A stretch of 32,000 nucleotides of DNA, taken from Xylella taiwanensis (GTDB lineage Bacteria > Pseudomonadota > Gammaproteobacteria > Xanthomonadales > Xanthomonadaceae). The notes beneath the pieces were generated by a model, which made no database searches, was not told the DNA's origin, and saw only the letters and a list, made by a program, of their open reading frames with translations. The number at the start of each line of letters is the position of its first letter. Within the stretch, counting starts at the first letter, position 1. Made by a program: the position numbers and the translations under genes. Where the stretch lies: NCBI RefSeq assembly GCF_013177435.1, contig NZ_CP053627.1:2250001-2282000 (forward strand), read 5' to 3'. Below, one piece after another: positions 10,648 through 22,672 of the stretch.

Positions 10648-11619
10648 ATGCATTACCGTCGTCTTGGTTCTACTGGTTTGCAGCTGTCAGCACTTTCGTT
10701 CGGTACCTGGGTGACTTTTGGCAGTCAGATTGCGCGTGACGAGGCTCGCCACTTGGTGGCTTGTGCCTGGGATCACGGCGTCAATTTTTTTGACAGCGCT
10801 GAAAACTATGCACAAGGCCGCACGGAGCAGGTGATGGGGGATGTGATTGCCGACTTGCGTTTACCACGCGATGGTTACTGTGTATCCAGCAAGGTGTTCT
10901 TTGGCGCTGTCGAAAAGCCACGTCCGACTCAGCGTGGCCTCTCACGTAAGCATGTACATGATGCGTGTCATGCTGCACTGAAACGTCTGCGAGTGGACTA
11001 CTTGGATCTGTTCTTCTGTCATCGACCTGATAGTGACACCTCGATTGAGGAGACCGTGCGTGCGATGAATGCACTCATTCAGCAGGGCAAGGTGCTTTAC
11101 TGGGGCACCTCGGAGTGGTCAGCCGCGCAGATCGCCGAGGCAATTGCGATTGCCTCGCGTGAGCATCTTGAGCGTCCGTGGATGGAACAGCCTCAGTACA
11201 ACCTGCTACATCGTGAGCGTGTAGAGCGTGAGTACTTATCACTCTACGCTCAGGGCCTGGGGACAACGATCTGGTCGCCTTTGGCCTCGGGGTTGCTGAC
11301 TGGAAAGTACAATGCCGGTGTGGCGTCGGGTAGCCGTTTGGTACAGCCTGGTTCCGAGTGGTTGCAGGCGTTTGTGTTGGGTTTGGGTACGGGGGACACA
11401 CGCTTGGTACAAGCACAGCGCTTTACTCAGGTTGCCGCTGATCTTGGCCAGTCACCGGCAGCATTGGCGATCGCCTGGTGTTTACGTAATCCACATGTCT
11501 CTACGGTGATTCTTGGTGCCAGTCGGGTTGCCCAACTGAAAGAAAATCTTCAGGCATTGCAAGTAGCTGAAGCATTGGATGCGACTGCCTGGCAATGCGT
11601 TGAGGCAGCAGTGGCGTGA
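10648..11619 (+). CDS. Aldo-keto reductase of the Kv-beta-subunit-like (AKR6-type) family
   Basis: MHYRRLGSTGLQLSALSFGTWVTFGSQI...GVNFFDSAENYAQGRTEQVMG closely follows the Kv-beta/AKR N-terminal pattern. AGGAG at 10633-10637 precedes the ATG at 10648. The ORF-track start at 10591 adds 19 residues that do not resemble AKR proteins. Confidence 0.9.
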   Translation: MHYRRLGSTGLQLSALSFGTWVTFGSQIARDEARHLVACAWDHGVNFFDSAENYAQGRTEQVMGDVIADLRLPRDGYCVSSKVFFGAVEKPRPTQRGLSRKHVHDACHAALKRLRVDYLDLFFCHRPDSDTSIEETVRAMNALIQQGKVLYWGTSEWSAAQIAEAIAIASREHLERPWMEQPQYNLLHRERVEREYLSLYAQGLGTTIWSPLASGLLTGKYNAGVASGSRLVQPGSEWLQAFVLGLGTGDTRLVQAQRFTQVAADLGQSPAALAIAWCLRNPHVSTVILGASRVAQLKENLQALQVAEALDATAWQCVEAAVA

Positions 11620-12155
11620 GTGATTCGGAGCGATGCAGTGATGGTCCATTCCAAGATTGGGAGGGAACCTCTTGTAGTAGGTGTTCTGAATTCCAGAGGC
11701 ACATGTGAGGTGCTGGTTGATGCACGAATGCAGGTGTTGTCTGTTCCTGTCGTGGTGTTAGGTGCTCTTCAATGGGGAATCGTGTGATGGTGCTAGCTGT
11801 GATCAAAATGCTGCGTGTTGTTCGCTTTTATCCACGGGTGCTTCAGAAGGCTCGCTGCATATGTCTGAGCGTTTTGGTGCGAGCGATGTTTAGGGACGCT
11901 CATGTGCATTAAAGTGCTTGGAAAGATTGTTTTTTTGAAGTGGCGGGGTAGCAATAAAGTATTGTTTAATAGGTGATTATTTCATGCTATCTAGCATCTC
12001 TGTATGGTCTATGTGGCTTGGAATTTGCAGCGGTTTGTGTTCAGCAGATGATCCCGAAGGAGATCGTGGTAGAGCATGGGTCGCTGATCGATCAAGCAGG
12101 ATACAAGCAGTGGTGCTGTGTTCGATTGATGGCGCTTCTTGAGTTTTGTTGACAT

Positions 12156-12629
12156 TCACTTTGCTTGCTCGTGCGGACACCTCAGGATATTCGGTACGCT
12201 GCTGATGGATGAAAGTCGCTCACGCGAAGGAGGCCGGTTGAGCCAGCTAGCTCGTATCCAACGCTGGTCAATAGTCGCTGGGTTTCCAAGTCGTGCGATG
12301 CAGGACTCACATAGATGTTCCTTGGGAATGCCACGGCATTGAGTCACTGTCCATGCGTGTTTCCGGATGGCAGTGAAACGGTATCTGGCAGTGTTGCGTG
12401 CTGGAGATGACAGATCAGATGGAGGTTGAACACTTCCTGGTCGATCCGGTTTATCGTGAATAGCACTCGCATGCAGCTGGAGCTTCGAAACTAGCTGCTC
12501 GTAAGGACTCGTGCTTTCCCAAGGTGGCTTGGTAGCAGGCGGTTTCTGGCGATGGAAGCCTCGGGTAAGTCGTTTTGGTTGGTTCTTGTCACAGGACCAG
12601 CTCACGACAACTAGTGTGTGCAGAGCCAC
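12156..12629 (-). CDS. Hypothetical ORF of 157 aa; doubtful and possibly a gene remnant
   Basis: Only long ORF in the 11.6-13.2 kb gap. Pro/Ser/Arg-rich composition, no recognisable motif, no clear RBS. Confidence 0.2.
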   Translation of the reverse strand: MALHTLVVVSWSCDKNQPKRLTRGFHRQKPPATKPPWESTSPYEQLVSKLQLHASAIHDKPDRPGSVQPPSDLSSPARNTARYRFTAIRKHAWTVTQCRGIPKEHLCESCIARLGNPATIDQRWIRASWLNRPPSRERLSSISSVPNILRCPHEQAK

Positions 12630-13236
12630 ATCAAAGATTTGCTTGACAAAGGGGTCATTGCGCCCTGCTTCAATCGGTGGTCGAGCGCTTATGCAATTTT
12701 ATTAAGTATTTCCGCTCTTGGACGATACTAAGACATGTTTAAAGTTGTCTTTTGTCTTGAGAGGAGGCTTGATGCGGTTATGCGGTCCATGCGCGGTTGT
12801 GTCCTTTGATCTGAAGGCGATGACACAAACCGCTTGTTATGTGCGCAGTGCTCTTTAGCAGGCATCGTTTGTATCGATGGATCGATACGTTTTTGTTGTT
12901 TGTCTGTAACGGTTCCTAAATATTCCGATGTTTGCTGTTTTCACTCATGTGCTGATGGTATTGGGACGCTTTCTGTGTATTGCGGCGCTAGGATGTTCCA
13001 CTCACATGGATGTTGTTGGTCTCGAACACAGGTATCTGCGGGGTGTCTAGAGGTTGGCGTGTTAGAGGACTGGGGTGTAACAAAGAAGCACCACGCTATT
13101 GGATACTGTAGACGCTGTCTCACACTATTGAGATGGTAATGTCTTAATTAATTATTAAATAGTGTCGGAAGGAAATTTGTTCCTTAACTAAGTGAGATTT
13201 CGTTGCACGTCAAGTGAGTACCGAGTCGGAGCAGCA

Positions 13237-15666
13237 TTAGAAGATGTCGAATGTCTGTTCGTTGGTTTCTTCCTCATGCAACTTGAAATCACGATCTTGT
13301 AAGTGGTTGATATCTTCGTTCTTGACCCATTCGGTTGCACCATTAAGCGTGGTTTGAGTCATCCCTTGAGGGGGATCGTTGCGTGCCACTGGTTTGTCCT
13401 TCAATGCTGTGCGCATATATTCGATCCAGATGGGCAGTGCCGCTTTACCGCCATATTCCCGGTAACCGAGTGATTGGAAGTCATCACGTCCTACCCATAC
13501 AGTAGTCACATAAGGACCCCCGAAGCCTGAGAACCACGCATCGCGGTGTTCGTTGGTTGAGCCAGTTTTGCCGCCGATGTCCTCACGATTCAGCGAACGT
13601 GCTGCGGTTGCAGTACCGCGCAGCACCACGTCACGCATCATTGATACCAATTGGAACGCAATGCGCTCGTCAATCGCGCGCGGCGCCATCGGTGTGATTG
13701 GACCCGGTGAAGGTATGGCCTGGGGAGGTTCGCTCTTGCTCGTTACCAACTTGGATGGTGGTGTTTGGGTGGGTGCACCAAAGTTGAATCCGTCCACCAC
13801 GTGGCTGGTTGATTGAGTGACGTTGGTGGCGGCCAGCGTACAGCTGCGGCAGGCTACCGTAGGATTTTTCTTGAAGATGACGTTGCCATCGCGATCACGG
13901 ATTTCGTCGATAAGCCAGGTATCCACGCGGAAACCGCCGTTTGCGAAGACTGCATAACCGCGTGCTATCGACAATGGAGTGAGCGAAGCTGTGCCCAGAG
14001 ACATCGATAAATTCGGAGGGAGCTCGTTTTCCTCGAAGCCGAACCGGGTAATGTATTTGCTTGCAAAATCAACGCCGATTGCGTCCAGTAGACGCACTGA
14101 TACCAAGTTACGTGATTGAGCGAGCGCTTCGCGGATGCGCATCGGACCTAGGAATTTGCCGTCATCGTTCTGTGGTGACCAGGTATGACCACGGCGGTCG
14201 CGAAATATGACAGGCGCATCCGGTACGATCGAGGCTGGATTGAAACCTTTTTCGAACGCTGCTGAATATACAAATGGCTTGAAGCTGGAGCCAGGTTGGC
14301 GACGTGCTTGGGTGACACGATTGAATTTGTTAGCAGTGAAACTAAAGCCGCCAACGAGTGCGCGCAGTGCGCCATTGTCGGTATCTAGCGAGACTAATGC
14401 GGCTTGAGCGCTTGGTAGCTGCTCTAACATCCATTCGCCATGTTTCTCCCCAGATCGGATCCGCACCACGTCGCCACGTTTGAGTAGTTTGTTCAGCGGG
14501 GTACCAGTCCAACGTGCGGTTGCCGGGGGCAGGGTCAGTTCGCTGCGATCGCTGCGTACCACTATGACGCTACCCTCGGAAGTGATGCGTGCCACGATCG
14601 CTGGGAACATCCCACCTTGGGTAGGAATACCGGACAGGTATGCAGCTAATGCCGCTGTGTCTGTGTCCGCATCCACCTCGATATGCTGCTCGGCACCTCG
14701 CCAACCGTGGCGATGGTCATATAACGCTAAACCATTGCGTATTGAAATTTCGGCGGCCGTTTGCAGTGTGCCATCAATCGTGGTGGTCACGTGATAGCCT
14801 TTGTTGAGTACGTCACCACCGTATTTGGCAATCATTTCCTGACGTACCATCTCGGCCACGTAGGGGGCGTACACCTGTATGGGTGGTTCGTGAGGTTTGG
14901 CGTGCATCGGTATTGCTTTGGCGACGTTGGCTTGGTCTTGGGAGATGAAGTTGAGATCGGCCATGCGCTGCAGTACGTAGAAATCGCGGCGTTCACGAGC
15001 GCGAGCCGGGTTAGTAATCGGGTTGCCGCTGGATGGAAACTTTGGGATTCCAGCTAAAGAGGCCATCTCATCAAGGTTAAGTTCGTTGAGTTTCTTGCCG
15101 TAGTAATACTCGGCTGCAGCAGCAACACCGTAGGCGCGGTTCCCGAAAAAACTCTTGTTTAGATACAGTTCGAAAATTTCGTCTTTGTTTAGCTGCGACT
15201 CGATTTTACGTGCCAATAGAATTTCAGCCAGCTTGCGTTTATAGCTGTATTCCGAGTTGAGAAAGAATTGGCGGGCAACCTGTTGAGTGATAGTCGAGCC
15301 ACCTGGGACGCGTTTTTCGTTGGTTGTGGCCAGCAGCCAAAGTGCGCGCGCAATGCCTTTATAATCAACGCCGTTATGCTCGTAAAAACGAGCGTCTTCG
15401 GTGGCAAGGAATGCTCGTTTCAGTTGCTCGGGTACTTCCTTCATTTGGATAGGATAGCGGCGGGTTTCCCCGTACACCGCCATCAACCGGCCGTCGTGGG
15501 AGTAGACGTACATTGGTTCTTGTAGTTCAACCTGTTTAAGGTTTCGAACGTCGGGCAGTTTCGATGAAATGGCGTAATACATACCGCCCGCGACCAGAAT
15601 GCCGAGTAGTGTGAGAATGATAAGTATGGTGAGGAACCACCCAAGCCAACCGCGGAGACGATACAT
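13237..15666 (-). CDS. mrcA: Penicillin-binding protein 1A (bifunctional transglycosylase/transpeptidase)
   Basis: N-terminal membrane anchor. Glycosyltransferase motifs [12 protein letters not shown] and GGSTITQQ. Transpeptidase motifs SSFKP (SxxK), SRN and KTGST. Confidence 0.95.
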   Translation of the reverse strand: MYRLRGWLGWFLTILIILTLLGILVAGGMYYAISSKLPDVRNLKQVELQEPMYVYSHDGRLMAVYGETRRYPIQMKEVPEQLKRAFLATEDARFYEHNGVDYKGIARALWLLATTNEKRVPGGSTITQQVARQFFLNSEYSYKRKLAEILLARKIESQLNKDEIFELYLNKSFFGNRAYGVAAAAEYYYGKKLNELNLDEMASLAGIPKFPSSGNPITNPARARERRDFYVLQRMADLNFISQDQANVAKAIPMHAKPHEPPIQVYAPYVAEMVRQEMIAKYGGDVLNKGYHVTTTIDGTLQTAAEISIRNGLALYDHRHGWRGAEQHIEVDADTDTAALAAYLSGIPTQGGMFPAIVARITSEGSVIVVRSDRSELTLPPATARWTGTPLNKLLKRGDVVRIRSGEKHGEWMLEQLPSAQAALVSLDTDNGALRALVGGFSFTANKFNRVTQARRQPGSSFKPFVYSAAFEKGFNPASIVPDAPVIFRDRRGHTWSPQNDDGKFLGPMRIREALAQSRNLVSVRLLDAIGVDFASKYITRFGFEENELPPNLSMSLGTASLTPLSIARGYAVFANGGFRVDTWLIDEIRDRDGNVIFKKNPTVACRSCTLAATNVTQSTSHVVDGFNFGAPTQTPPSKLVTSKSEPPQAIPSPGPITPMAPRAIDERIAFQLVSMMRDVVLRGTATAARSLNREDIGGKTGSTNEHRDAWFSGFGGPYVTTVWVGRDDFQSLGYREYGGKAALPIWIEYMRTALKDKPVARNDPPQGMTQTTLNGATEWVKNEDINHLQDRDFKLHEEETNEQTFDIF

Positions 15667-16965
<1,299 letters not shown>

Positions 16966-16966
<1 letters not shown>

Positions 16967-17643
16967 TGGCCAGAATTAACCTACTGCCCTGGCGTGTTGA
17001 GCGCCGTAAGCAGCGTGAGCGTGAATTCTATGCGATGCTTGGTTTTTCCACCTTGGCAGGTGTAGTCCTTTCAGCTCTGGTTTGGTTCTATTATGACGCG
17101 CAGATTACCGGTCAGAACGACCGTAACGCATTCTTAGTTTCCGAGATAGAGAAGGTCAAGGCGCAGAATCGGGAAATCGACCAACTCGACAAGAAGAAGG
17201 AACATTTGCTTGCCCGTAAGAAGGTTATCGAAGAGCTACAGTCTAATCGCTCCCAGATGGTACATTTGTTCGATTCACTGGCACGTACCATCCCGGATGG
17301 TGTGGTTCTGACCAGTATTAAGCAGGAAGGCAATATCCTAACTTTGCAAGGCCGCTCTCAGTCCAACGTGAGAGTCAGTACTTACATGCGCAATATCGAG
17401 GGTTCGGGATGGATGACTAATCCCGATTTATCGATCATTGAAGCCAAGGAACAGGATAAAAGTACGCTCGTTGATAGCAGGGCGCTGCCGTACGTGTTCA
17501 CTATCAAAGCAAAACTGTCCAAGCCGAAGTCAGATGAGGCCAACCATGGCCCCTTATCTCCCATTCCAAGCAAAGCCGTTGTGGCCCCTCTGCCTGATTC
17601 TGCGGTTACACCTGACCTCAAACCGTTGTCAGAGGCCAATTGA
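16966..17643 (+). CDS. pilN: Type IV pilus assembly protein PilN
   Basis: The ATG overlaps the pilM stop (TGATG). INLLPWR motif, a single transmembrane helix, a coiled-coil segment, and a Pro/Ser-rich tail. Confidence 0.9.
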
Positions 17644-18311
17644 TGAGTAAGAAGTCCTTTAAACTGAGCGACCTCGATTTTAATAATATCAGTGCATGGC
17701 CGCAGCAGGTCAAGCTCATGTTCTGCATCTTGGTCGGTTTTTTCATTGTCATCATGGCTTGGTTCCTCATCATTAGCGGCGAGCGTGAAGAACTTGGTAA
17801 CCTTGAAGGCAAAGAACGTGAGTTGCGTGTGGAATTCCAAAAGCAGCAAGAACGTGCAGTGAACCTGCAGCCATTAAAGCAGCAATTGGCGCAGATGGAA
17901 GAGGTGCTGAAACAAATGTTGCGGCAGTTGCCTAGTAAGACCGAAATGCCTGATCTGATCGTTGACATCTCGCAGACTGCATTATCCAGTGGCTTGGTTA
18001 ATGAGTTGTTTCAACCAGGTCAAGAAGCCATTCAGGAATTTTACGCCGAGAAGCCGATTGCTTTACGGATGGTTGGAAGTTATCACCAGTTTGCTGCTTT
18101 TGTCAGTGGCGTGGCTTCTTTACCGCGCGTGGTGATTTTGACTATGCATGATATGAGTCTCAAACCAAAAAGCACTAAGAACAACGTGCCTACACGAGGT
18201 TTGCTCGAATTGTCTGGCACAGTGAAAACTTACCGCTACCTGGATGACCAGGAAATAGTTAATAAGGAGAATCGTGCTGCCGATGCTGCGAAAAAGAAGG
18301 ACGGAGTATGA
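17643..18311 (+). CDS. pilO: Type IV pilus assembly protein PilO
   Basis: ATG at 17643 overlaps the pilN stop (TGATG). Transmembrane helix followed by a coiled coil (ELGNLEGKERELRVEFQKQQ). Position in the cluster also supports the call. Confidence 0.88.
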   Translation: MSKKSFKLSDLDFNNISAWPQQVKLMFCILVGFFIVIMAWFLIISGEREELGNLEGKERELRVEFQKQQERAVNLQPLKQQLAQMEEVLKQMLRQLPSKTEMPDLIVDISQTALSSGLVNELFQPGQEAIQEFYAEKPIALRMVGSYHQFAAFVSGVASLPRVVILTMHDMSLKPKSTKNNVPTRGLLELSGTVKTYRYLDDQEIVNKENRAADAAKKKDGV

Positions 18312-18838
18312 GTACACAAGCCTTCAAAAGGATAGTCGGTTTGATTGTTCTCTTGGTGTTAGTCGGTTGCATGCGTAGTGTAACCAGCACGTTTGGCGAT
18401 GCGCCAGATTTGAAAAATTGGGTAAGCGAGATGCGTGCGCGTCCTGCTCCACCTCTGGAACAACTACCAGTGATGCAGCAGTTTGAAACCTTTGAGTACT
18501 CTGCACAGGGAATGCGTGATCCGTTTAGCGATGCTTGGGTTAATCCAGAGGGGGTCAATGGATTGCGCCCAGATCCGAATCGACGCAAGGAGCCCCTGGA
18601 AGCATTCCCACTTGATACCTTGAAGATGGTGGGCACGATCGGTAGGGGTGCTGGCTTGGTTGCGGTTATTACTGCTCCAGACAAAGTGACTTATCGGGTG
18701 CATCGGGGTATGTATATCGGACAGAACGATGGGCGGATTACCAAGGTGTATGAAGACCGCGTCGAACTTGTGGAACTTGTTTCGGATGGTGCGGGAGGAT
18801 GGTTGGAGCGACCAGCCGCACTTTCGTTCGACGATTAA
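18308..18838 (+). CDS. pilP: Type IV pilus assembly lipoprotein PilP
   Basis: ATGA overlap with the pilO stop. Lipobox LVGC. Size and position are typical of PilP. Confidence 0.85.
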   Translation: MSTQAFKRIVGLIVLLVLVGCMRSVTSTFGDAPDLKNWVSEMRARPAPPLEQLPVMQQFETFEYSAQGMRDPFSDAWVNPEGVNGLRPDPNRRKEPLEAFPLDTLKMVGTIGRGAGLVAVITAPDKVTYRVHRGMYIGQNDGRITKVYEDRVELVELVSDGAGGWLERPAALSFDD

Positions 18839-18861
18839 TGACTGATTTAGGGGATAATACG

Positions 18862-20730
18862 ATGACTTTATTTGAAGCCCTAAGCTTGCGTTTTGTTCGA
18901 CGCACAGCGTCGATCCGGGCATGTGCAATTGGGGTAGGTATAACATTGGTTTGGTGTTGGACCGCAGCAGCGGCACCCACTGAACAGCATGTGATGATGC
19001 CAGCAACTAAAGTTGCCAACCCGTCACTAAGCGTTTCCAAGATCGATTTTAAACGTGGTGACGATGGTGCTGGCCGTTTGATTTTGCAGTTTGATGGACA
19101 GGGGGCCAGCCCCGACTTACGTACGCAGGGTAGCACTGTGCTGGTTGACCTAGGGACGGCGGTGTTGCCAGCTGCCCTTCAACAGCAGATCAACGTCGTC
19201 GACTTTGCCACCCCAGTGCAGCGTATCGACGCTAAGCCTATGGGTAAGGGAGCACAACTGGTGTTGAGCACTAAGGGCTCATTTGAGTCGCTGGCTTACC
19301 AGACAGGGAATGAATACGTGGTTGAGATTGTGCCACGCAAAGGTGAGGCTGCTATGGGAGGGGCGATTACTCCTGAATCGGTCAGTAAGTCCGCAGCGAA
19401 GATTTCCGCACAAGGTTACAGTGGTCGTCCGGTAACGTTTAACTTCCAAGACGTGCCGGTACGAACGGTTTTACAGCTGATCGCTGATGAGTCCAATCTC
19501 AACATCGTTGCTGCCGACACTGTACAAGGCAATGTCACTCTACGTTTGATTAACGTGCCATGGGATCAGGCGCTTGACATCGTGTTGCGTGCTAAGGGAT
19601 TGGATAAGCGCCGTGATGACAAAGTGATTTGGGTTGCGCCACAACAGGAGCTGGCTAAATATGAGCAGGAAAAGGAAGATGCGCGGATTGCGATCGAAAA
19701 TCGTGAGGGTTTAATCACCGATTATGTGCAAATTAATTACCATTCGGCTACAACGATCTTTAAGGCGCTGACCGAAGCCAAAGGTATGGGGAGCAACTCT
19801 AATAATAATAACAATGATGATGCCTTCCTATCACCACGCGGCCGCCTTGTTGCTGATGAGCGCACCAATACATTGATGATCAGCGATATTCCGAAGAAAG
19901 TCGCACAAATGCGCACTCTAATCCAACACATTGATCGTCCTGTCGACCAGGTGTTGATTGAGGGCCGCATTGTGATCGCCACGGATAGCTTCGCGCGTGA
20001 CTTGGGGGCTAAGTTTGGTGTTGGTGGTGCTAGCCGTTTCAGCGATAACACTGCGACGATTGGTAGCACTGTCACCGCTGGCGGTTCGACGTCAGCCACG
20101 CGTGGGCTCAACGTTGACTTGGGCGGTGCGACCTTCAGCACTGCTGCAACCCTGCCTAGCTTAGCCTACACTTTGCTTGGGCCCAAATTTAATCTGGATC
20201 TTGAGCTTTCAGCATTGCAGCAAGAATCGCGTGGTGAGGTGATCTCCAACCCTCGCATCGTCACTGCAAACCAGCGTGAAGGGTATATTAAACAGGGTAA
20301 GGAGATCGGGTATGTCACGATCACTGGAGGGACTGCTGGTGGTCAAGCCACCCCAAATGTCCAGTTTAAAGAAGCGGTTCTGGAGTTGCGCGTGACTCCA
20401 ACTATTACCAATGATAACCGTGTATTTCTCAACATGACGGTCAAGAAGGACGAGATCGATCAGATGATTACGATCGCCAACTTCGGTACTGTGCCGACTC
20501 TGAACAAGCGTGAGATTAACACCGCGGTATTGGTTGATGATGGTCAAACCGTGGTAATCGGTGGCGTGTATGAGTTTGCTGACCGTAATAGCGTGAGTAA
20601 GGTTCCGTTCTTAGGAGATGTACCTTTCCTTGGGAATCTGTTTAAGAAACGTGGTAAAGATAAACAAAAGGCCGAGCTGTTGATCTTCGTAACTCCGAAG
20701 GTGTTACGTGTGGCTACTGCTGCGCGCTGA
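18862..20730 (+). CDS. pilQ: Type IV pilus secretin PilQ
   Basis: ATG at 18862 is preceded by AGGGGA. An alternative ATG at 18838 overlaps the pilP stop. N-terminal AMIN-like region, NFQDVPVRTVLQLIA (N0-type domain), and secretin C-terminus VPFLGDVPFLGNLFKK. Confidence 0.93.
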   Translation: MTLFEALSLRFVRRTASIRACAIGVGITLVWCWTAAAAPTEQHVMMPATKVANPSLSVSKIDFKRGDDGAGRLILQFDGQGASPDLRTQGSTVLVDLGTAVLPAALQQQINVVDFATPVQRIDAKPMGKGAQLVLSTKGSFESLAYQTGNEYVVEIVPRKGEAAMGGAITPESVSKSAAKISAQGYSGRPVTFNFQDVPVRTVLQLIADESNLNIVAADTVQGNVTLRLINVPWDQALDIVLRAKGLDKRRDDKVIWVAPQQELAKYEQEKEDARIAIENREGLITDYVQINYHSATTIFKALTEAKGMGSNSNNNNNDDAFLSPRGRLVADERTNTLMISDIPKKVAQMRTLIQHIDRPVDQVLIEGRIVIATDSFARDLGAKFGVGGASRFSDNTATIGSTVTAGGSTSATRGLNVDLGGATFSTAATLPSLAYTLLGPKFNLDLELSALQQESRGEVISNPRIVTANQREGYIKQGKEIGYVTITGGTAGGQATPNVQFKEAVLELRVTPTITNDNRVFLNMTVKKDEIDQMITIANFGTVPTLNKREINTAVLVDDGQTVVIGGVYEFADRNSVSKVPFLGDVPFLGNLFKKRGKDKQKAELLIFVTPKVLRVATAAR

Positions 20731-21889
20731 ATTGCATAACTGCCACTTGCTTTCTGTCGTCTCTGACGGCAATTCGGTTTCAGTCCATGTCAGCAATCAT
20801 GATCTAATTAATGTGATTTGAGTGCTGCCACGTTCTGGATGTGACTCTCCGTTAATTGTGTTTAATGGGATAAAGAGCAGAGATGTAGTTCTTCTTAATT
20901 GCGATTACTGTGTTTAGTAAACGGGCTAAAGAAGGGCTACTGCTTATGTTGTGGTTAACTTTCATTATAAGTCTGTTTACATATTGCATTGTGCTTATAA
21001 GATTCTGGGGCGTAGGTCGTTTTGCAGTTCTCGCATAAGCTGAAAATTAAGTGGATGACTGAAGGCAAAACTGATAATGGACAGCTACAAATTATAATGT
21101 CCTATTTGAAGCCATGAATTAAAGGTGCCAAGCAGCCGTATGCAGAATAATTTTCTGAAAATACTTCTTGGGATTTATGTGATCATGTGTTCTGAAATTC
21201 AGAGAGTTGGAGAATTGCGACTTGTGGTTAAGAGTGCTTGGATTGACTGCTTAGTTGGGTAGCGGCCATCTACGCGTTGGAGCATGTGATGAGAGCATCC
21301 AAATTTTCCGCTGTTTGCGGTATCTAGAGTTTTGAGTTGGTAGATGGGTGTAAGTGTGAGCTTTAAATCATGCCAGCTCAGTTACTTAGAGTGTGAGGGT
21401 AATAGAGTTTGATTAAGCACTGTTAGAAAGCATCGTTTTTAATTAAATATTTGAAACAAAAACCACGGATAGGCCGTTTGGTCTTAAAAGATATCCTGTC
21501 AATCGATATGCTATTCCATAGATTGCTGTTTGTGTAAAGCGGTGACCATTTTCGCTGATGACTGCAGTTTGTTATATTTTTTGTCTGGTTGCATGCTAGC
21601 TGTTTTCATTGCATTGATTTCAAGATCGCTTGGTTGCGTTGTCGTATTTGCTTATTTGCGAAAAATTTTTTATGTGCGATGTCATGAAATATAATCTTAA
21701 GACAGAAACGGCACTTAATTGTGACATTCTCAAATCAAAAGACAATGTATGCGACCTATTGATATAACTACTAGGTTAGCTGTGTGGGTGTGAGGTTATC
21801 ATTGGCATTCACATTGTTTCTAATTTGAATCTTAGTTGAATGCGATTTCTCAATGCCAAGTTTCCAGTCATTCTCGACATTTATAGTAT

Positions 21890-22672
21890 GTGCCTATACA
21901 GGCATTCGCTTGCATGAATTCGATCTTGCCCATATATATCAACCAAGCTGCGTTAATCCAAGGCCGTAAATTTCTGCTTTTTCATCTTTGGTTGCCGTTA
22001 GCTGTGGTGATGTTGCTGTCCGGTTTGTTGATGGGCTTGGGAGGCGATCAGTGGCTAACTGACTTATTGTACCGACTTGAAGGTAGACAGTGGCTGCTTA
22101 AGCAACATTGGATCACAGAGTATCTGATTCATCGTGTTGGTAAGTGGCTTACTATCGCTGCTGCGTTGTGCTTACTGGGAGGTGCGTTGGTAGGGAGCTG
22201 GAAGCGATCGGTAATGTGTGATTACGTGCGTCCATCCTTGTATGTCGTAATGACGCTGGGACTGTCTACTAGCCTTGTTTCACTAGCAAAGCGTTTCACT
22301 GGTATGGATTGTCCTTGGGATCTGGTGCGTTATGGTGGTGAATTACCGTTTATTGGTTTGTTTGAGAGCCGCCATGGCCTAGAAGCGTCAGGCTGTTTCC
22401 CCGCTGCCCATGCCAGCGCAGGTTACGCCTGGGTGTGCCTATATTTTGCAGCGTGGGTGTTGTGTCCGGCTTGGCGCTGGCTAGGTCTAATGATTGGTTT
22501 AACGGCTGGCCTCACGTTTGGTATTTCACAGCAGTTGCGTGGTGCACATTTTCTTTCGCATGATCTGTGGTCACTGACCATCTGTTGGTTGGTTGCATTG
22601 GGTTTCTTCTACCTTTTCTTTGTTTTTCCCGCAGCACGTGCCTTATCTGTTCAACAAGGAACGATACCGTGA
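21890..22672 (+). CDS. Membrane PAP2-superfamily phosphatase (COG3907-like)
   Basis: Multiple transmembrane helices. Motifs KRFTGMDCPWDL, CFPAAHASAGY and RGAHFLSHDLWS match my recollection of this PAP2 subgroup. The start is ambiguous: GTG at 21890 or ATG at 21914, neither with a good Shine-Dalgarno sequence. Confidence 0.8.
   Translation: MPIQAFACMNSILPIYINQAALIQGRKFLLFHLWLPLAVVMLLSGLLMGLGGDQWLTDLLYRLEGRQWLLKQHWITEYLIHRVGKWLTIAAALCLLGGALVGSWKRSVMCDYVRPSLYVVMTLGLSTSLVSLAKRFTGMDCPWDLVRYGGELPFIGLFESRHGLEASGCFPAAHASAGYAWVCLYFAAWVLCPAWRWLGLMIGLTAGLTFGISQQLRGAHFLSHDLWSLTICWLVALGFFYLFFVFPAARALSVQQGTIP

Noticed and set aside
19795-19821. AAT/AAC/GAT trinucleotide-rich tract in pilQ encoding SNSNNNNNDD, considered as a slipped-strand phase-variation site
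   Set aside because: The repeat unit is 3 nt, so slippage stays in frame. It lies in a linker between the N-domains and the secretin core. At most it is a length polymorphism, not an on/off switch.
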